Part shown: positions 8,681-18,663 of the stretch, one piece after another
Position numbering within the stretch: position 1 is the first letter of the stretch
Layout of the letters: each line of letters starts with the position of its first letter
Origin: a bacterium
Lineage (GTDB): Bacteria; Hydrothermota; 32-111
Direction of reading: 5' to 3'
DNA length: 34,089 nucleotides
Assembly (NCBI GenBank): GCA_046484245.1
Contig: JAWOBN010000029.1
Coordinates: forward strand, 1-34,089
Notes under the pieces: model-generated
The model's database searches: none
Seen by the model: only the letters and a program-made list of their open reading frames with translations
Told to the model about the DNA's origin: nothing
Program-made: the position numbers and the translations under genes

Positions 8681-10338
8681 TGAGAAAGATGATTATTGCA
8701 CTACTGTTTTACCTGTCAGTGATTCTCCTGTACAGTGATTTCATTGCACCCGGTGAACTCCGGCCGGGTATGACAGGATATTGCCTCACTGTTTTCAAAG
8801 GTGACAAACCGGACACATTCAATGTGAAATTGATTGATATTATTGAGAATTATAATGGGGGCAGAACAGTTCTGCTCGTGGAATGCATGGGAGAGAATGT
8901 TGAGGAAACGGGTATTGCACAGGGTATGAGCGGAAGCCCTGTATATTTCAACGGGAAACTTGCCGGTTCACTCAGTTACACATGGTCCAATATGAAGAAA
9001 CCCATAGGAGCAGTTACCCCCATAGATGATATGCTTAAACTGAAGACATTTGAACAGCAGATGAATGGCGAGATATACAGGTTCAAGAGCATTGAAGCCC
9101 CTATTATTATTGACGGTGTCAGCAGGGGGATTATTGAAAGTGTCAGGGACAGGGATATCAACAGTATGCTGGATAATGCTGAATCGGGTATTTCCGGAAG
9201 CAGCCCCCGGTCGCGGAATGCTCCTGAAACAGGTCCCGGGCATGCTGTTGCCATAAAGCTCATTGACGGCGATATGCAGGTTTCGGCAATTGGCACATGC
9301 ACCTATACTGACGGCAATGATCTATACATGCTCGGTCATGCACTCTATACAAAGGGCCGGATCAATTATCCTGTTTCGCCTGCCTATGTGTATTCCGTGA
9401 TACCCAGAAGTGATATGTCATTCAAACTCGGTATTGCATATGACAGTAATATCGGTGCAGGCATGCAGGACAGGAACACAGGTGTATATGCCCGGCGCAG
9501 CCGGGAGGCGGATATGATACCTGTTGCAGTCAATCTTGCAGGCGAGAAAATTGAGATGCGATTTGTCAGGGATGAGGATATTATAATGACAATGCTGCCT
9601 TTGATGTATATAGGAGCAATAGGACGGCGTATAAAATCAAGTGGTCCCCTTACTGCCGGTTATATAATGAAAATTGTGACTGAAAACTCCGGTACAATAC
9701 AGTACCGGAACACAGTTTCATCCGAGACAGCATTGATGGAGATATACACAGACCTCCAGTCCATTCTCTATGCCTATCTCAAGAATATATTCAAAGCACC
9801 GCAGATCATCCGGATTGAGATTGAATCCGATATATATGAGGATATAAGGAGACTCAGTGTCAGTGATATTCTCATTGAAAAGAAATACTATTATCCAGGC
9901 GAGACAATAGACGGGCATATTATATTCAGTGAATTCAGGGGAGGCAGACACAAGGAGCCGTTCACTCTTCCCATACCTTCCAATCTGAGCAGTGACTCAC
10001 TCAGGATCATTGCAGTAAACGGAAGAAATGAGATGGTCTTTGAATTGAACAGGAATGAAGGTAAATACAGTTTCACCAATCTTGAGACATTGATGTCAAT
10101 CATTGATTCTCTCAATCCCTCCAATGCTGTTATTGTCAAACTCATTGAAATCAAGAAAGGGGCAGCGGACATGAACAGGGAATACAGCAATCTGCCGGGG
10201 ACTGCTGTTCGCAGTATGATCAATACAGGAAGCAGGGAGATAAATACGGATATTGTCAGTGAGCAGACAATACTGACCAATGGGGTTATCACAGGAGAAC
10301 AATCGGTTACTGTCAAATTGAGGAGGAAACATGATTAG
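8680..10338 (+). CDS. SpoIVB-like peptidase S55 domain protein (secreted)
   Basis: Signal peptide; GIAQGMSGSPVY serine motif; GTCTY...LGH segment downstream. Confidence 0.85.
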   Translation: MRKMIIALLFYLSVILLYSDFIAPGELRPGMTGYCLTVFKGDKPDTFNVKLIDIIENYNGGRTVLLVECMGENVEETGIAQGMSGSPVYFNGKLAGSLSYTWSNMKKPIGAVTPIDDMLKLKTFEQQMNGEIYRFKSIEAPIIIDGVSRGIIESVRDRDINSMLDNAESGISGSSPRSRNAPETGPGHAVAIKLIDGDMQVSAIGTCTYTDGNDLYMLGHALYTKGRINYPVSPAYVYSVIPRSDMSFKLGIAYDSNIGAGMQDRNTGVYARRSREADMIPVAVNLAGEKIEMRFVRDEDIIMTMLPLMYIGAIGRRIKSSGPLTAGYIMKIVTENSGTIQYRNTVSSETALMEIYTDLQSILYAYLKNIFKAPQIIRIEIESDIYEDIRRLSVSDILIEKKYYYPGETIDGHIIFSEFRGGRHKEPFTLPIPSNLSSDSLRIIAVNGRNEMVFELNRNEGKYSFTNLETLMSIIDSLNPSNAVIVKLIEIKKGAADMNREYSNLPGTAVRSMINTGSREINTDIVSEQTILTNGVITGEQSVTVKLRRKHD

Positions 10339-12244
10339 ACGGATTATCATACTGATAATAGTGATTGCAGCTACAGGTTTATCTGCACTGGAAACAGGCA
10401 AGATCATAGATAAGCCGGAATTAAATGTATCCGGAAATAATGCAGAGGACGGTGTTCTAATATCAGATAAGCGCATAATCCCCGGTTTTGATATTGTCAA
10501 GCATGATTTCAATGTCTCAGAACCGGTATTCTCCCTGGCACAGGTCAATAACAATCTTTATGCAGGCACAGGCAGCAAACCCTGTATAATCAATACTGAG
10601 ACAGGCGACACGCTTGCCGAATTCTCCGACGGGGAGACAGTATATCTCGCTGAGTCATATAAAAAGAGAATTATTGCAGCTATTGCTCCGTCCGGACTGC
10701 TTATTGCAGCAGACAGCAAGGGCATTGATACATTGAAGAATTTTGAGAATATGTCAATAAATGCAATGCATCAGATGGACAGTAAACTCTATATTGCAGT
10801 AGGCAACAGGGTGTTTGTTTATGATGGAGATGAAGTACGGCAATTGACAGCACTCTCAGACAAGAATGTCACATTCATAGCATCGGACAGTGATGACAAT
10901 CTGCTTCTGGGTACTGAGGGCAATGGCAGGCTTTTGAGGGGGTATGAGAGAAAGGAGATGCTCCTCTCAATGAAGAACAGTGAGATTGATTTCATTCACA
11001 CCTATAAAAACAGTATATATGTGCTTGTCAATCAATTGCAGAAGGATACTGACAGATTCAAATCATTCTTCCTTAAATTAGACGATCATTCAGTTGACAC
11101 AATTATTGCAGACAATAATTATATTATCAGTGCAGCAGCTGGCAGTAAAGGCATATTTCTCTCCAGAGCTGAGACACCGGAGATTTTATATTATGATTAC
11201 TCGGATGTCTTCTCCTGCGGGACGCTGAGCAGTGATTATATACTCAGTGCAAGGAGGATAGGGAAACATGTATATCTTACAACAGGCCAGCCGGGCAATA
11301 TATATATTGTCAGAGACCGAGTGTCCAAAACGGAATTTGATTCAAGGATAATCAGCTTCAATCAGCCTGTCTATGTCAATTCAATGCATCCCGATTATCA
11401 GGGCAATATAAAATTCTATATGAGAACAGGCAATTCCCCTCTCCCTGATTCAGCCTGGACGGATTTCCTGCTTGTCAAACCGGGATCAACTGAGCATCTG
11501 CCCGCCGGACAGTATATGCAGTACAAGGCATTGTTTGCTGAAGGCAATGCTTCATTGAATACAATGGAATTCTACTACAGGACTGACAACAGGGAACCTG
11601 TAATAGATTCAGTGAAGGTGTTCAGACCACGCCTGCTTCCCGAATATGCATTGAGTGAAGGCATATTTGCAATGCCTGTTGAGAACACGGGGCTATATCC
11701 CGAGTACAATGTCAGTATAATGAAGACAAACAGCAAAATAATATATATTGAATGGTATTCAAATGACCCTGATCAGGACAGATTGACCAGTGATATCTAC
11801 CTCTCAGACAGACGCGGCAAATATCTCATCAGTGAGAATCTTGAAACCGATTATGCGCTCCTCTACACGGATATGTTTGAGGAGGGCAGCTACAATATTG
11901 AACTCTATACGGATGATTCTCTCAGTAATCCGGAGAATCCCCTCACAGGCCATTACAGGACTGAGTTGATGATTGATAATACACCGCCGAGGATATATGA
12001 TGTGAGTTATAAGATGAACACATTGACTTTCAAGGCAGAAGACGCATTGTCATTCATTGATGAAGCGTATTATTCTGTCAATGGCTCACAGTATGAGAAG
12101 GCGGAACCGGATGACAGGATATTTGACTCGCGCAATGAATCATTCACAGTGAGAATACCCAGGGGCGAAAACAGTCTTCTTATCATGATATATGCTGTTG
12201 ATATATACGGCAATATTGCACGGTACAGAAAGACAGTAAGATGA
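10331..12244 (+). CDS. Secreted beta-propeller plus Ig/FN3-like repeat protein, probable partner of the S55 peptidase
   Basis: Signal peptide; repeated LYAGTG/LLLGTEGNG/LTTGQPGNIY blades; NREPVI, W..NDPDQD, IDNTPP and DDRIFDSRNESF Ig-like motifs. Confidence 0.7.
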   Translation: MIRRIIILIIVIAATGLSALETGKIIDKPELNVSGNNAEDGVLISDKRIIPGFDIVKHDFNVSEPVFSLAQVNNNLYAGTGSKPCIINTETGDTLAEFSDGETVYLAESYKKRIIAAIAPSGLLIAADSKGIDTLKNFENMSINAMHQMDSKLYIAVGNRVFVYDGDEVRQLTALSDKNVTFIASDSDDNLLLGTEGNGRLLRGYERKEMLLSMKNSEIDFIHTYKNSIYVLVNQLQKDTDRFKSFFLKLDDHSVDTIIADNNYIISAAAGSKGIFLSRAETPEILYYDYSDVFSCGTLSSDYILSARRIGKHVYLTTGQPGNIYIVRDRVSKTEFDSRIISFNQPVYVNSMHPDYQGNIKFYMRTGNSPLPDSAWTDFLLVKPGSTEHLPAGQYMQYKALFAEGNASLNTMEFYYRTDNREPVIDSVKVFRPRLLPEYALSEGIFAMPVENTGLYPEYNVSIMKTNSKIIYIEWYSNDPDQDRLTSDIYLSDRRGKYLISENLETDYALLYTDMFEEGSYNIELYTDDSLSNPENPLTGHYRTELMIDNTPPRIYDVSYKMNTLTFKAEDALSFIDEAYYSVNGSQYEKAEPDDRIFDSRNESFTVRIPRGENSLLIMIYAVDIYGNIARYRKTVR

Positions 12245-13239
12245 AGATACTCTTTCTCATACAGTCGCTCAAGGGAACAATTGAGGCAACTGAATTATGC
12301 GGCATTATCCGCAAGGTGTTTGACAGTGACAATGCCGATATATTCCCTGTAACAGACGGCGGTGACGGTTTTCTCAACACAGTGCATTTCTACAATGGGC
12401 ATTTAAGCAAGGTATCTGTATCCACAATTGATGCATCTGGCAGACCGGTAGAGATACAGGTGCTGCAGGACAATTCCTCTGTATTCATAGAGAGTGCTGA
12501 TATTATCGGATTGAAGCAGCTCCATGGGGACTCAGACCCGCTGATGAGGTCAACAGAGGGACTCGGCTCTGTTGTAAAGAAATTCTATGACAGAAGAAAA
12601 ACAGTGTATATCGGGCTGGGAGGCAGTGCAACTGTTGATATCGGTTTCGGCATGCTCACATCCATGGGCTTCAAGACAGAGCATTACCCCGGCACATCTG
12701 TACTGAGGAATATAATGAACGGTGGCCGGTATCCGCTGCTGAGAGCAGTGTGTGATGTCAAGAACACATTGGAAGGAGAGAGGGGCGCAATTATCTATGC
12801 CCGGCAGAAGGGTGTCAAAGCAGAAGCAATTGACAGATTGTCTGCAATGTTTGAGGAGACATCCTTCAATCTCGGGGTTGAGGGCATGGAATACTGCGGT
12901 TCTGCAGGAGGACTGGGAGCAGCAACAGCATATGCAGGCGGCCGGCTCATTGATAATTTCTCTTTTATGAACAGTATTAAAGATATAGAATCCGCAGTGA
13001 GTAATGCGGACATTGTTGTAGTGACGGAAGGTCAGATTGACTGTCAGTCTTTTTATGGTAAGATTACAGGTAGAATAATTGACCTTGCACTTGAATGCGG
13101 CAAAAGGGTTATTGCCCTGACAGGTGAAAATCACACCCGGAGGAATGATTTTGAGGTGATTGAAATGGGTCAAGAGGGCATTGAAATGCCTGTAAGAACA
13201 ATGGAGAAAACCCTGAAGCAGATGAGGAAGATGATATGA
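12241..13239 (+). CDS. Glycerate kinase (GlxK/GarK family, divergent)
   Basis: PVTDGGDG, GLGGSATVD.G.G, DVKNTL.G..GA, GSAGGLG, EGQID.QS.YGK. Confidence 0.88.
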   Translation: MKILFLIQSLKGTIEATELCGIIRKVFDSDNADIFPVTDGGDGFLNTVHFYNGHLSKVSVSTIDASGRPVEIQVLQDNSSVFIESADIIGLKQLHGDSDPLMRSTEGLGSVVKKFYDRRKTVYIGLGGSATVDIGFGMLTSMGFKTEHYPGTSVLRNIMNGGRYPLLRAVCDVKNTLEGERGAIIYARQKGVKAEAIDRLSAMFEETSFNLGVEGMEYCGSAGGLGAATAYAGGRLIDNFSFMNSIKDIESAVSNADIVVVTEGQIDCQSFYGKITGRIIDLALECGKRVIALTGENHTRRNDFEVIEMGQEGIEMPVRTMEKTLKQMRKMI

Positions 13240-14156
13240 AGAAAACAGCAGTACTCTTCGGAGGACCGTCCCCGGAATCAAGTGTATCCCGCAGATCATC
13301 CGGGGGAATAATGAATGCACTGCAGGCAACAGGATATAATCCGAAACTGATTGAATATGAGAGCAATATATCCCGTCATCTGAAGGATTTTGACACTGTA
13401 TTCAATATCATGCACGGTAAACCCGGTGAGGACGGTATTGTTCAGGGCATGCTTGAAAACATCAATATACCCTATACAGGTTCAGGTGTCATTGCCTCTG
13501 CACTGACTATCAACAAGTATTATACACAGACAGTTTTAAGAAGCATCGGCATACCCACACTGAGGTCTCTCTTTATCAACAGGAAGATATTCACTGAAGA
13601 CAGGGATATTGTAAAGAAAAATTTTGAGACAAAGGTAATACTGAAACCCAATACAGGCGGTTCCAGTGTCGGTACACGGATAATCAGTCCCTCCCAGACA
13701 GGCCTGATAGAAGACGGTTTGAAGGAGTACGATGCCTTCATAGCAGAGGAATATGTTGAAGGAGGCCAGGAGATCACTGTCGGTGTAATAGAATACAACG
13801 GCAGACCGCGGGCACTGACCCCCCTTGAACTGAGACCCCGGAATGTTTTCTATGATTATGAAGCCAAATATACGAAAGGCATGACTCAATTCATTCTGCC
13901 GCCTGAACTTGACGGGCATATCATTGAAGACCTGAAGCATTCAGCTGTGAGGGTATTTGAATATCTCAATCTGAAATCATTTGCAAGGGTGGACTTTATT
14001 GTCCGGTCAGGCAAGATATATGAACTGGAGGTCAATTCCGTGCCTGGCATGACTGATGTGTCCGATTTGCCGGCAGAAGCGGAATTTGACGGGATTGATT
14101 ATAATGAACTGGTAAATATCATAATGCAGACAGCAGGAGTGAATAAAGATGCTTGA
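13236..14156 (+). CDS. ddl: D-alanine--D-alanine ligase
   Basis: GGPSPE, HGKPGEDG, PYTGSG, KP..GGSSVG, FYDYEAKY, RVDF, EVNSVPG. Confidence 0.95.
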   Translation: MKKTAVLFGGPSPESSVSRRSSGGIMNALQATGYNPKLIEYESNISRHLKDFDTVFNIMHGKPGEDGIVQGMLENINIPYTGSGVIASALTINKYYTQTVLRSIGIPTLRSLFINRKIFTEDRDIVKKNFETKVILKPNTGGSSVGTRIISPSQTGLIEDGLKEYDAFIAEEYVEGGQEITVGVIEYNGRPRALTPLELRPRNVFYDYEAKYTKGMTQFILPPELDGHIIEDLKHSAVRVFEYLNLKSFARVDFIVRSGKIYELEVNSVPGMTDVSDLPAEAEFDGIDYNELVNIIMQTAGVNKDA

Positions 14157-15462
14157 GAATCTTACATCAAAACTGAACAGTATTTTTGAGAATGTAAAGA
14201 ATAAAGGCAAGATCACTGAAGGTGATCTCAAGAAGACAATGAGGGAGATAAAACTTGTTCTCCTTGAAGCTGATGTCAATTACAAGATAGTCAAACAATT
14301 TATCACTGATGTTGAAGAGGACGTGCTGGGTCAGGATATACTGAAATCACTCAAGCCGGAGCATATTATTGTCAAGGCAGTCAATGATCATCTGACGGAG
14401 ATACTCTCTGCAGGTGACAATGATCTGCATCTCAGCGGGAATCCGGCAGTAATAATGCTTGTCGGTCTGCAGGGAACAGGAAAGACGACAACATGCGGTA
14501 AACTGGCGAAGGTGTTTGAAAAGAAAGGCAAGAGGTCACTCCTTGTACCCTGTGATGTAAAGAGGCCTGCTGCATACAGGCAGCTTGAAATTGTGGCGGA
14601 AAACTCCGGTGCTATGTTCTTTGAAGGCCGGGGCGAAGATGTGACGGATATTATAATGAGGGCTGCTGACTATGCTCGGAGCAATGCTGCCGAGATAATG
14701 ATACTGGATACTGCAGGGCGGCTTCATATTGACGAGGAATTGATGGATGAACTGGAAAGCATTCAGAATAAGATAAAACCCTGTGAAACACTCTATGTCG
14801 GAGATGCGCTTACAGGACAGGATGCTGTGAACAGTGCCGAGGGATTCAGAAGCAGACTGGACATAACCGGTATAGTGCTGACAAAGATGGACGGGGATCA
14901 GAAGGGCGGTGCTGCACTCTCCATATCCAGAGCCACGGACAGTCCGATAAAATTCATTACAACAGGCGAACATATCAATCAGATAGAGAAGTTTCACCCT
15001 GACAGGATGGCGTCAAGAATACTGGGCATGGGGGATATTGTATCACTTGTTGAAAAGACAGAGGATATGGTCTCTCAGGAAGAAGCCCGGGATATGGAAA
15101 AGAAACTCAAGACAGGCAGTTTTGATTTCACTGATTATCTGGAGCAGATAAAGCAGCTCAGGAAAATGGGTCCGCTGCAGGATATTTTAAAAATGCTCCC
15201 CGGTGTCGGTTCAAAGGTCAAGCTTACAGGTATGGAGGGAGAACAGATCAAGAAGGTTGAGGCAATTATACTGTCAATGACACCCGGTGAAAGGGCAAAC
15301 CCGCATCTGCTTAACAATAAGAAGAGGGTCAGGCGTATTGCCAAGGGAAGCGGCAATACAGTGAAGATGGTGAAATTTGTCGTAAAACAGCATAAACAGA
15401 TGAAGAAGATGATGAAGAAACTCACAAAAGGCGGTCTTCAGGGCATGCCCCCATTCATGTAA
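14149..15462 (+). CDS. ffh: Signal recognition particle protein Ffh
   Basis: LLEADVN, GLQGTGKTTT, DTAGR, TKMDGD.KGG, FHPDRMASRILGMGD; Met-rich M domain. Confidence 0.98.
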   Translation: MLENLTSKLNSIFENVKNKGKITEGDLKKTMREIKLVLLEADVNYKIVKQFITDVEEDVLGQDILKSLKPEHIIVKAVNDHLTEILSAGDNDLHLSGNPAVIMLVGLQGTGKTTTCGKLAKVFEKKGKRSLLVPCDVKRPAAYRQLEIVAENSGAMFFEGRGEDVTDIIMRAADYARSNAAEIMILDTAGRLHIDEELMDELESIQNKIKPCETLYVGDALTGQDAVNSAEGFRSRLDITGIVLTKMDGDQKGGAALSISRATDSPIKFITTGEHINQIEKFHPDRMASRILGMGDIVSLVEKTEDMVSQEEARDMEKKLKTGSFDFTDYLEQIKQLRKMGPLQDILKMLPGVGSKVKLTGMEGEQIKKVEAIILSMTPGERANPHLLNNKKRVRRIAKGSGNTVKMVKFVVKQHKQMKKMMKKLTKGGLQGMPPFM

Positions 15463-15479
15463 TGTAATCGGGAGGGTTA

Positions 15480-16484
15480 ATGTTGCTTCTGGTTCTCATA
15501 TCTTTCATAATCCTCTTATTTATTTCATCGCGATACATCAGATTGTCAGTTCTCACAGCCAATATGATTTTTATAATACTGCTTATCATTGTCAATATTA
15601 TGTTCTTTCCCATGCTCTTTTCTGATCTATATGAGATGAAGGATTCAGCAATACTCTACAGTTCAGTGGATAGTAATGCGGATTTCACTGTAATTGAAAG
15701 AGAGGGTATTTATTTCATAGAAAGTCTGCAGACGGGAAAATACAGATATACGGGTTTTTATAATGGATTATCAAGAGGGTTTATAAACAGGGAAGACATT
15801 GAGGGCAGGTTATCCAATACAAAAGAATTTACACTGAAACTGCTCATTACTATTCCATCATTGATGGTTTATCTGCTTCTGCTGTCCATAGGAATGATTT
15901 TCTATGATTTGAAGAGAATCAAGAGATTCATACCGCTGAGGGAGAGAATGTATATTGATTCGGCTGTTATAAGGGAGATAAAATCCCTCAGGGAGGAACT
16001 TGAAGAGATGCGCGTCAGGAGGAACAGACTGGAGAGAATAAAGAACAGGATTGAAGAGCTCCGTGAAATGACATTGAATGAAGAGATTGTCAAACAGCTG
16101 AATGAATTATCCCGAGAGAGGAATGAACTCTATAAGGAAAGCGGCTTCACTAATTTCAGGAACCGTCTCAACAGATGCAGAAATTTTGCCCAGGAGGGTT
16201 TGCTGAGGCTTGACTTTGAAGATTATGAAGGTGCAGTAAGGACTGTGAAGGAGGGGTTCTATGAATATTTCAGCAGAAAGTTTGACAATGAGCTGTCTCT
16301 CAGAGAATTGACAGACTATCTCCATAAGGCAAAAATGATTGATTATGATATGCGTATTGATATGAACTGGCTCAGCAATTTACGGGGGGATTTGAACAGG
16401 AAGGACAATAAACAGTATGCTGATGAGACGCGTCTCAGGAAGATATTCAATAATATAGACAAACTGGTGGAGGATAATGATTGA
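15480..16484 (+). CDS. Hypothetical membrane protein with coiled coil and helical C-terminal domain
   Basis: Three hydrophobic segments, then an E/R/L heptad-rich region; SD GGGAGGG at 15470-15476. Confidence 0.75.
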   Translation: MLLLVLISFIILLFISSRYIRLSVLTANMIFIILLIIVNIMFFPMLFSDLYEMKDSAILYSSVDSNADFTVIEREGIYFIESLQTGKYRYTGFYNGLSRGFINREDIEGRLSNTKEFTLKLLITIPSLMVYLLLLSIGMIFYDLKRIKRFIPLRERMYIDSAVIREIKSLREELEEMRVRRNRLERIKNRIEELREMTLNEEIVKQLNELSRERNELYKESGFTNFRNRLNRCRNFAQEGLLRLDFEDYEGAVRTVKEGFYEYFSRKFDNELSLRELTDYLHKAKMIDYDMRIDMNWLSNLRGDLNRKDNKQYADETRLRKIFNNIDKLVEDND

Positions 16485-16492
16485 TAGCAGTA

Positions 16493-16729
16493 AGTCTTTC
16501 CTCATAAGAAAAAGTCACTGAATATAATTATTATGTATTGTTTTTTCTTAATAAAAAAGCATTGAGCATAGTGATTGATGTAATGACAGTGAGGCTCACA
16601 CATTCTCATCAGCACCGAATTATCGGTTATGCACGGGTTGGCAAAGGTGCTTTCTGAGAACTGTCCTCGCCTCATATCTTTTATGAGGAAACATATGTCT
16701 TTCAAGTACTTTAATTTTGAGGAATAACG
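16493..16729. mobile_element. MITE copy 1 (237 bp) with 6-bp target-site duplication GCAGTA
   Basis: Near-identical to 26177-26415; termini (a)GTCTTTCCTCA...TGAGGAATAACG; GCAGTA at 16487-16492 and 16730-16735. Confidence 0.9.
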
Positions 16730-16735
16730 GCAGTA

Positions 16736-16763
16736 TTGACAATGTTCTGCCTGCAAATACAAT
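16736..16763 (+). promoter_or_regulatory. Sigma70 promoter of the HD-GYP gene (probably leaderless)
   Basis: TTGACA, 16 nt, TACAAT; ATG 16770 lies 6 nt downstream; no SD. Confidence 0.75.
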
Positions 16764-16769
16764 TTAATT

Positions 16770-18398
16770 ATGAATAGAGAAGAGAAGCTCAAAAAAGAAC
16801 TGGAGGCAATGCGCATTCAGCAGAAGGTGCTGATGCGCCTCAGTGACATTGGCAGAATGCACAGATCCCTTGATAAGATATACGAGGATTCTCTTGATCT
16901 GGCAATTGAGATAGTCAGTGCAAAGTACGGCTCCCTGCTCCTCTTCAATGACAGGGAGAACAGGCTTGAGTTTGTCAGTATGAGGACTCAATCAGAGGAT
17001 ACTTCAAAGAAACTCCGGTCATTGAAATTGAAGAAGGGCGAGGGTCTTGCCGGATGGGTGTATCTCACAGGTATTCCCATTCTGTCCAATGATGTCAAGG
17101 ATGATGAAAAATGGAAGAGGAAGATAGCTGAAGAGATTGACTATATACCTCAGAATATACTATGTCTGCCCATAACAGGCTCATCCAGTATTATAGGTGT
17201 TCTTGAACTGATTGATAAAAGGGCGGACAGTCAATTTGATGATAATGATCTTGAAATAGCAAAGCTCTTTGCCAGTCAGCTCAGTGTGATTATAGAGAAC
17301 AGGACTCTTTATAATGGTCTGGAACAGGAGATAGGGAGGATCAGGAATCTCATTGAGACCTCCATACTTCTTTCCTCCACTCTGGACCTTGATGAACTTC
17401 TTGCTCTTATAATGGGCAAGGCAAAGGAGATACTCTCTGCTGAGGCAAGTTCAATATTCCAGATTGACAGTGAGTCGGAAGAACTCTACTTCAGGGTTGC
17501 AACAGGAGATAAGGGCGAAGCAGCAAAGAGCATAAGGGTTCCGGTCGGCAAGGGTATTGTCGGATGGGCTGCGGAGAATATGAGAACTGTTTATGTGCCT
17601 GATGTTTCCAGGGATGAGCGGTTCTACAAGGATGTGGATGAAAAGACAAAATTCAGCACCAAATCGGTTATTGCAGTCCCCCTTGTAACAAAGAAGGGGG
17701 TAATAGGTGTTGCAGAGGTCCTCAATAAAAAGGGAGGCGGGCAGTTTACTGAGGATGATATCCGTATCTTTGAATCACTTGCCCGGCAGTCAGCAGTTGC
17801 AATTGAAAATGCAAAACTCTACAATGACCTCTCTGAACTTACAAAACAGTCCATTTCATCCATTGTCACAGCAGTGGAGAAGAGGGACAGATACACCAGG
17901 GGTCATACGGAACGAGTAACAGAATATTCAATGAAGATTGCTGAAAGAATGGGGTTTGACAGTGAGAAAATACATAAACTGGAGCTTGCCGCATTACTGC
18001 ATGATGTGGGCAAGATAGGCATATCAGATAATATTCTGCTCAAGAAGGGGAAGCTCACTGATGAGGAATACGATGAGATAAAGAAACACCCCCGGAAAGG
18101 CATTGAGATTGTAGGGAGAATAGAACAGCTCAGTGAAATAAAGGAGGGGATTTTATATCATCATGAACGCATTGACGGCAAGGGCTATCCTGCAGGTCTT
18201 GAAGGCAATGAGATACCCCTGACAGCCCGCATTATCGCTGTGGCTGATGCCTATGATGCAATGACGACCAACAGGCCGTACAGGAATTCACTCTCAGTTG
18301 AAGAGGCAAAGAGAAGACTCTCTCAGTCATCAGGCACACAATTTGATCCTCAGATAGTTGAGATAATGATGGATATACTGGCAGAAGAACAGCATTAA
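16770..18398 (+). CDS. GAF-GAF-HD-GYP cyclic di-GMP phosphodiesterase
   Basis: Two GAF repeats (GEGLAGWV / GKGIVGWA; DKR..F...D / NKK..F...D); GHTERV, LLHDVGKIG, HHERIDGKGYP, ADAYDAMT..RPYR. Confidence 0.93.
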   Translation: MNREEKLKKELEAMRIQQKVLMRLSDIGRMHRSLDKIYEDSLDLAIEIVSAKYGSLLLFNDRENRLEFVSMRTQSEDTSKKLRSLKLKKGEGLAGWVYLTGIPILSNDVKDDEKWKRKIAEEIDYIPQNILCLPITGSSSIIGVLELIDKRADSQFDDNDLEIAKLFASQLSVIIENRTLYNGLEQEIGRIRNLIETSILLSSTLDLDELLALIMGKAKEILSAEASSIFQIDSESEELYFRVATGDKGEAAKSIRVPVGKGIVGWAAENMRTVYVPDVSRDERFYKDVDEKTKFSTKSVIAVPLVTKKGVIGVAEVLNKKGGGQFTEDDIRIFESLARQSAVAIENAKLYNDLSELTKQSISSIVTAVEKRDRYTRGHTERVTEYSMKIAERMGFDSEKIHKLELAALLHDVGKIGISDNILLKKGKLTDEEYDEIKKHPRKGIEIVGRIEQLSEIKEGILYHHERIDGKGYPAGLEGNEIPLTARIIAVADAYDAMTTNRPYRNSLSVEEAKRRLSQSSGTQFDPQIVEIMMDILAEEQH

Positions 18399-18437
18399 TG
18401 CATAACTGATCAGTCACGGAAGGTCCCTGTATCAAAA

Positions 18438-18625
18438 TTCAACATCTGTCCTTTTCTCCTCATTTTGTCAAAACACCCCTCCAAATCCCGGGGACGGTCC
18501 TTTACATTCTTTACGAAAAAAAATGGAATCTCAGTCATCAATCTTGTTAAAAGTTAATATCTCATAACTTAACTGTATTATCTGCAAAAAATGGTGTAAA
18601 CAATGTAAAGGACCGTCCCCGGGAT
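18438..18625. repeat. REPIN-like long hairpin element with a conserved flank
   Basis: Perfect 24-bp inverted repeat ATCCCGGGGACGGTCCTTTACATT (18485-18508 / 18602-18625), 93-nt spacer; flank 18438-18492 recurs inverted at 31963-32016. Confidence 0.85.
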
Positions 18626-18633
18626 GCGTTACT

Positions 18634-18663
18634 GAGAGCGTATAGAGCGATTAGAACGTGTAG
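18634..18663. repeat. 9-mer tandem repeat shared with 116-136
   Basis: gagagcgta/tagagcgat/tagaacgtg/tag; 18643-18663 matches 116-136 at 19 of 21 nt. Confidence 0.7.

Noticed and set aside
8680..10338. Sporulation gene spoIVB
   Set aside because: The architecture differs from SpoIVB and there is no sporulation context.
12550..13329. 259-aa minus-strand ORF and the many other nested or antisense ORFs in the track
   Set aside because: They overlap well-supported genes and have no recognisable motifs or translation signals.
13236..14156. VanA-like D-Ala-D-Lac ligase
   Set aside because: The omega loop reads YDYEAKY, typical of D-Ala-D-Ala ligases, and there are no van genes nearby.
16502..16816. 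Minus-strand ORF across MITE copy 1 (and 26306-26629 across copy 2) as a transposase
   Set aside because: No DDE or HUH motifs, starts lie inside neighbouring genes, and the frame is not preserved between copies.
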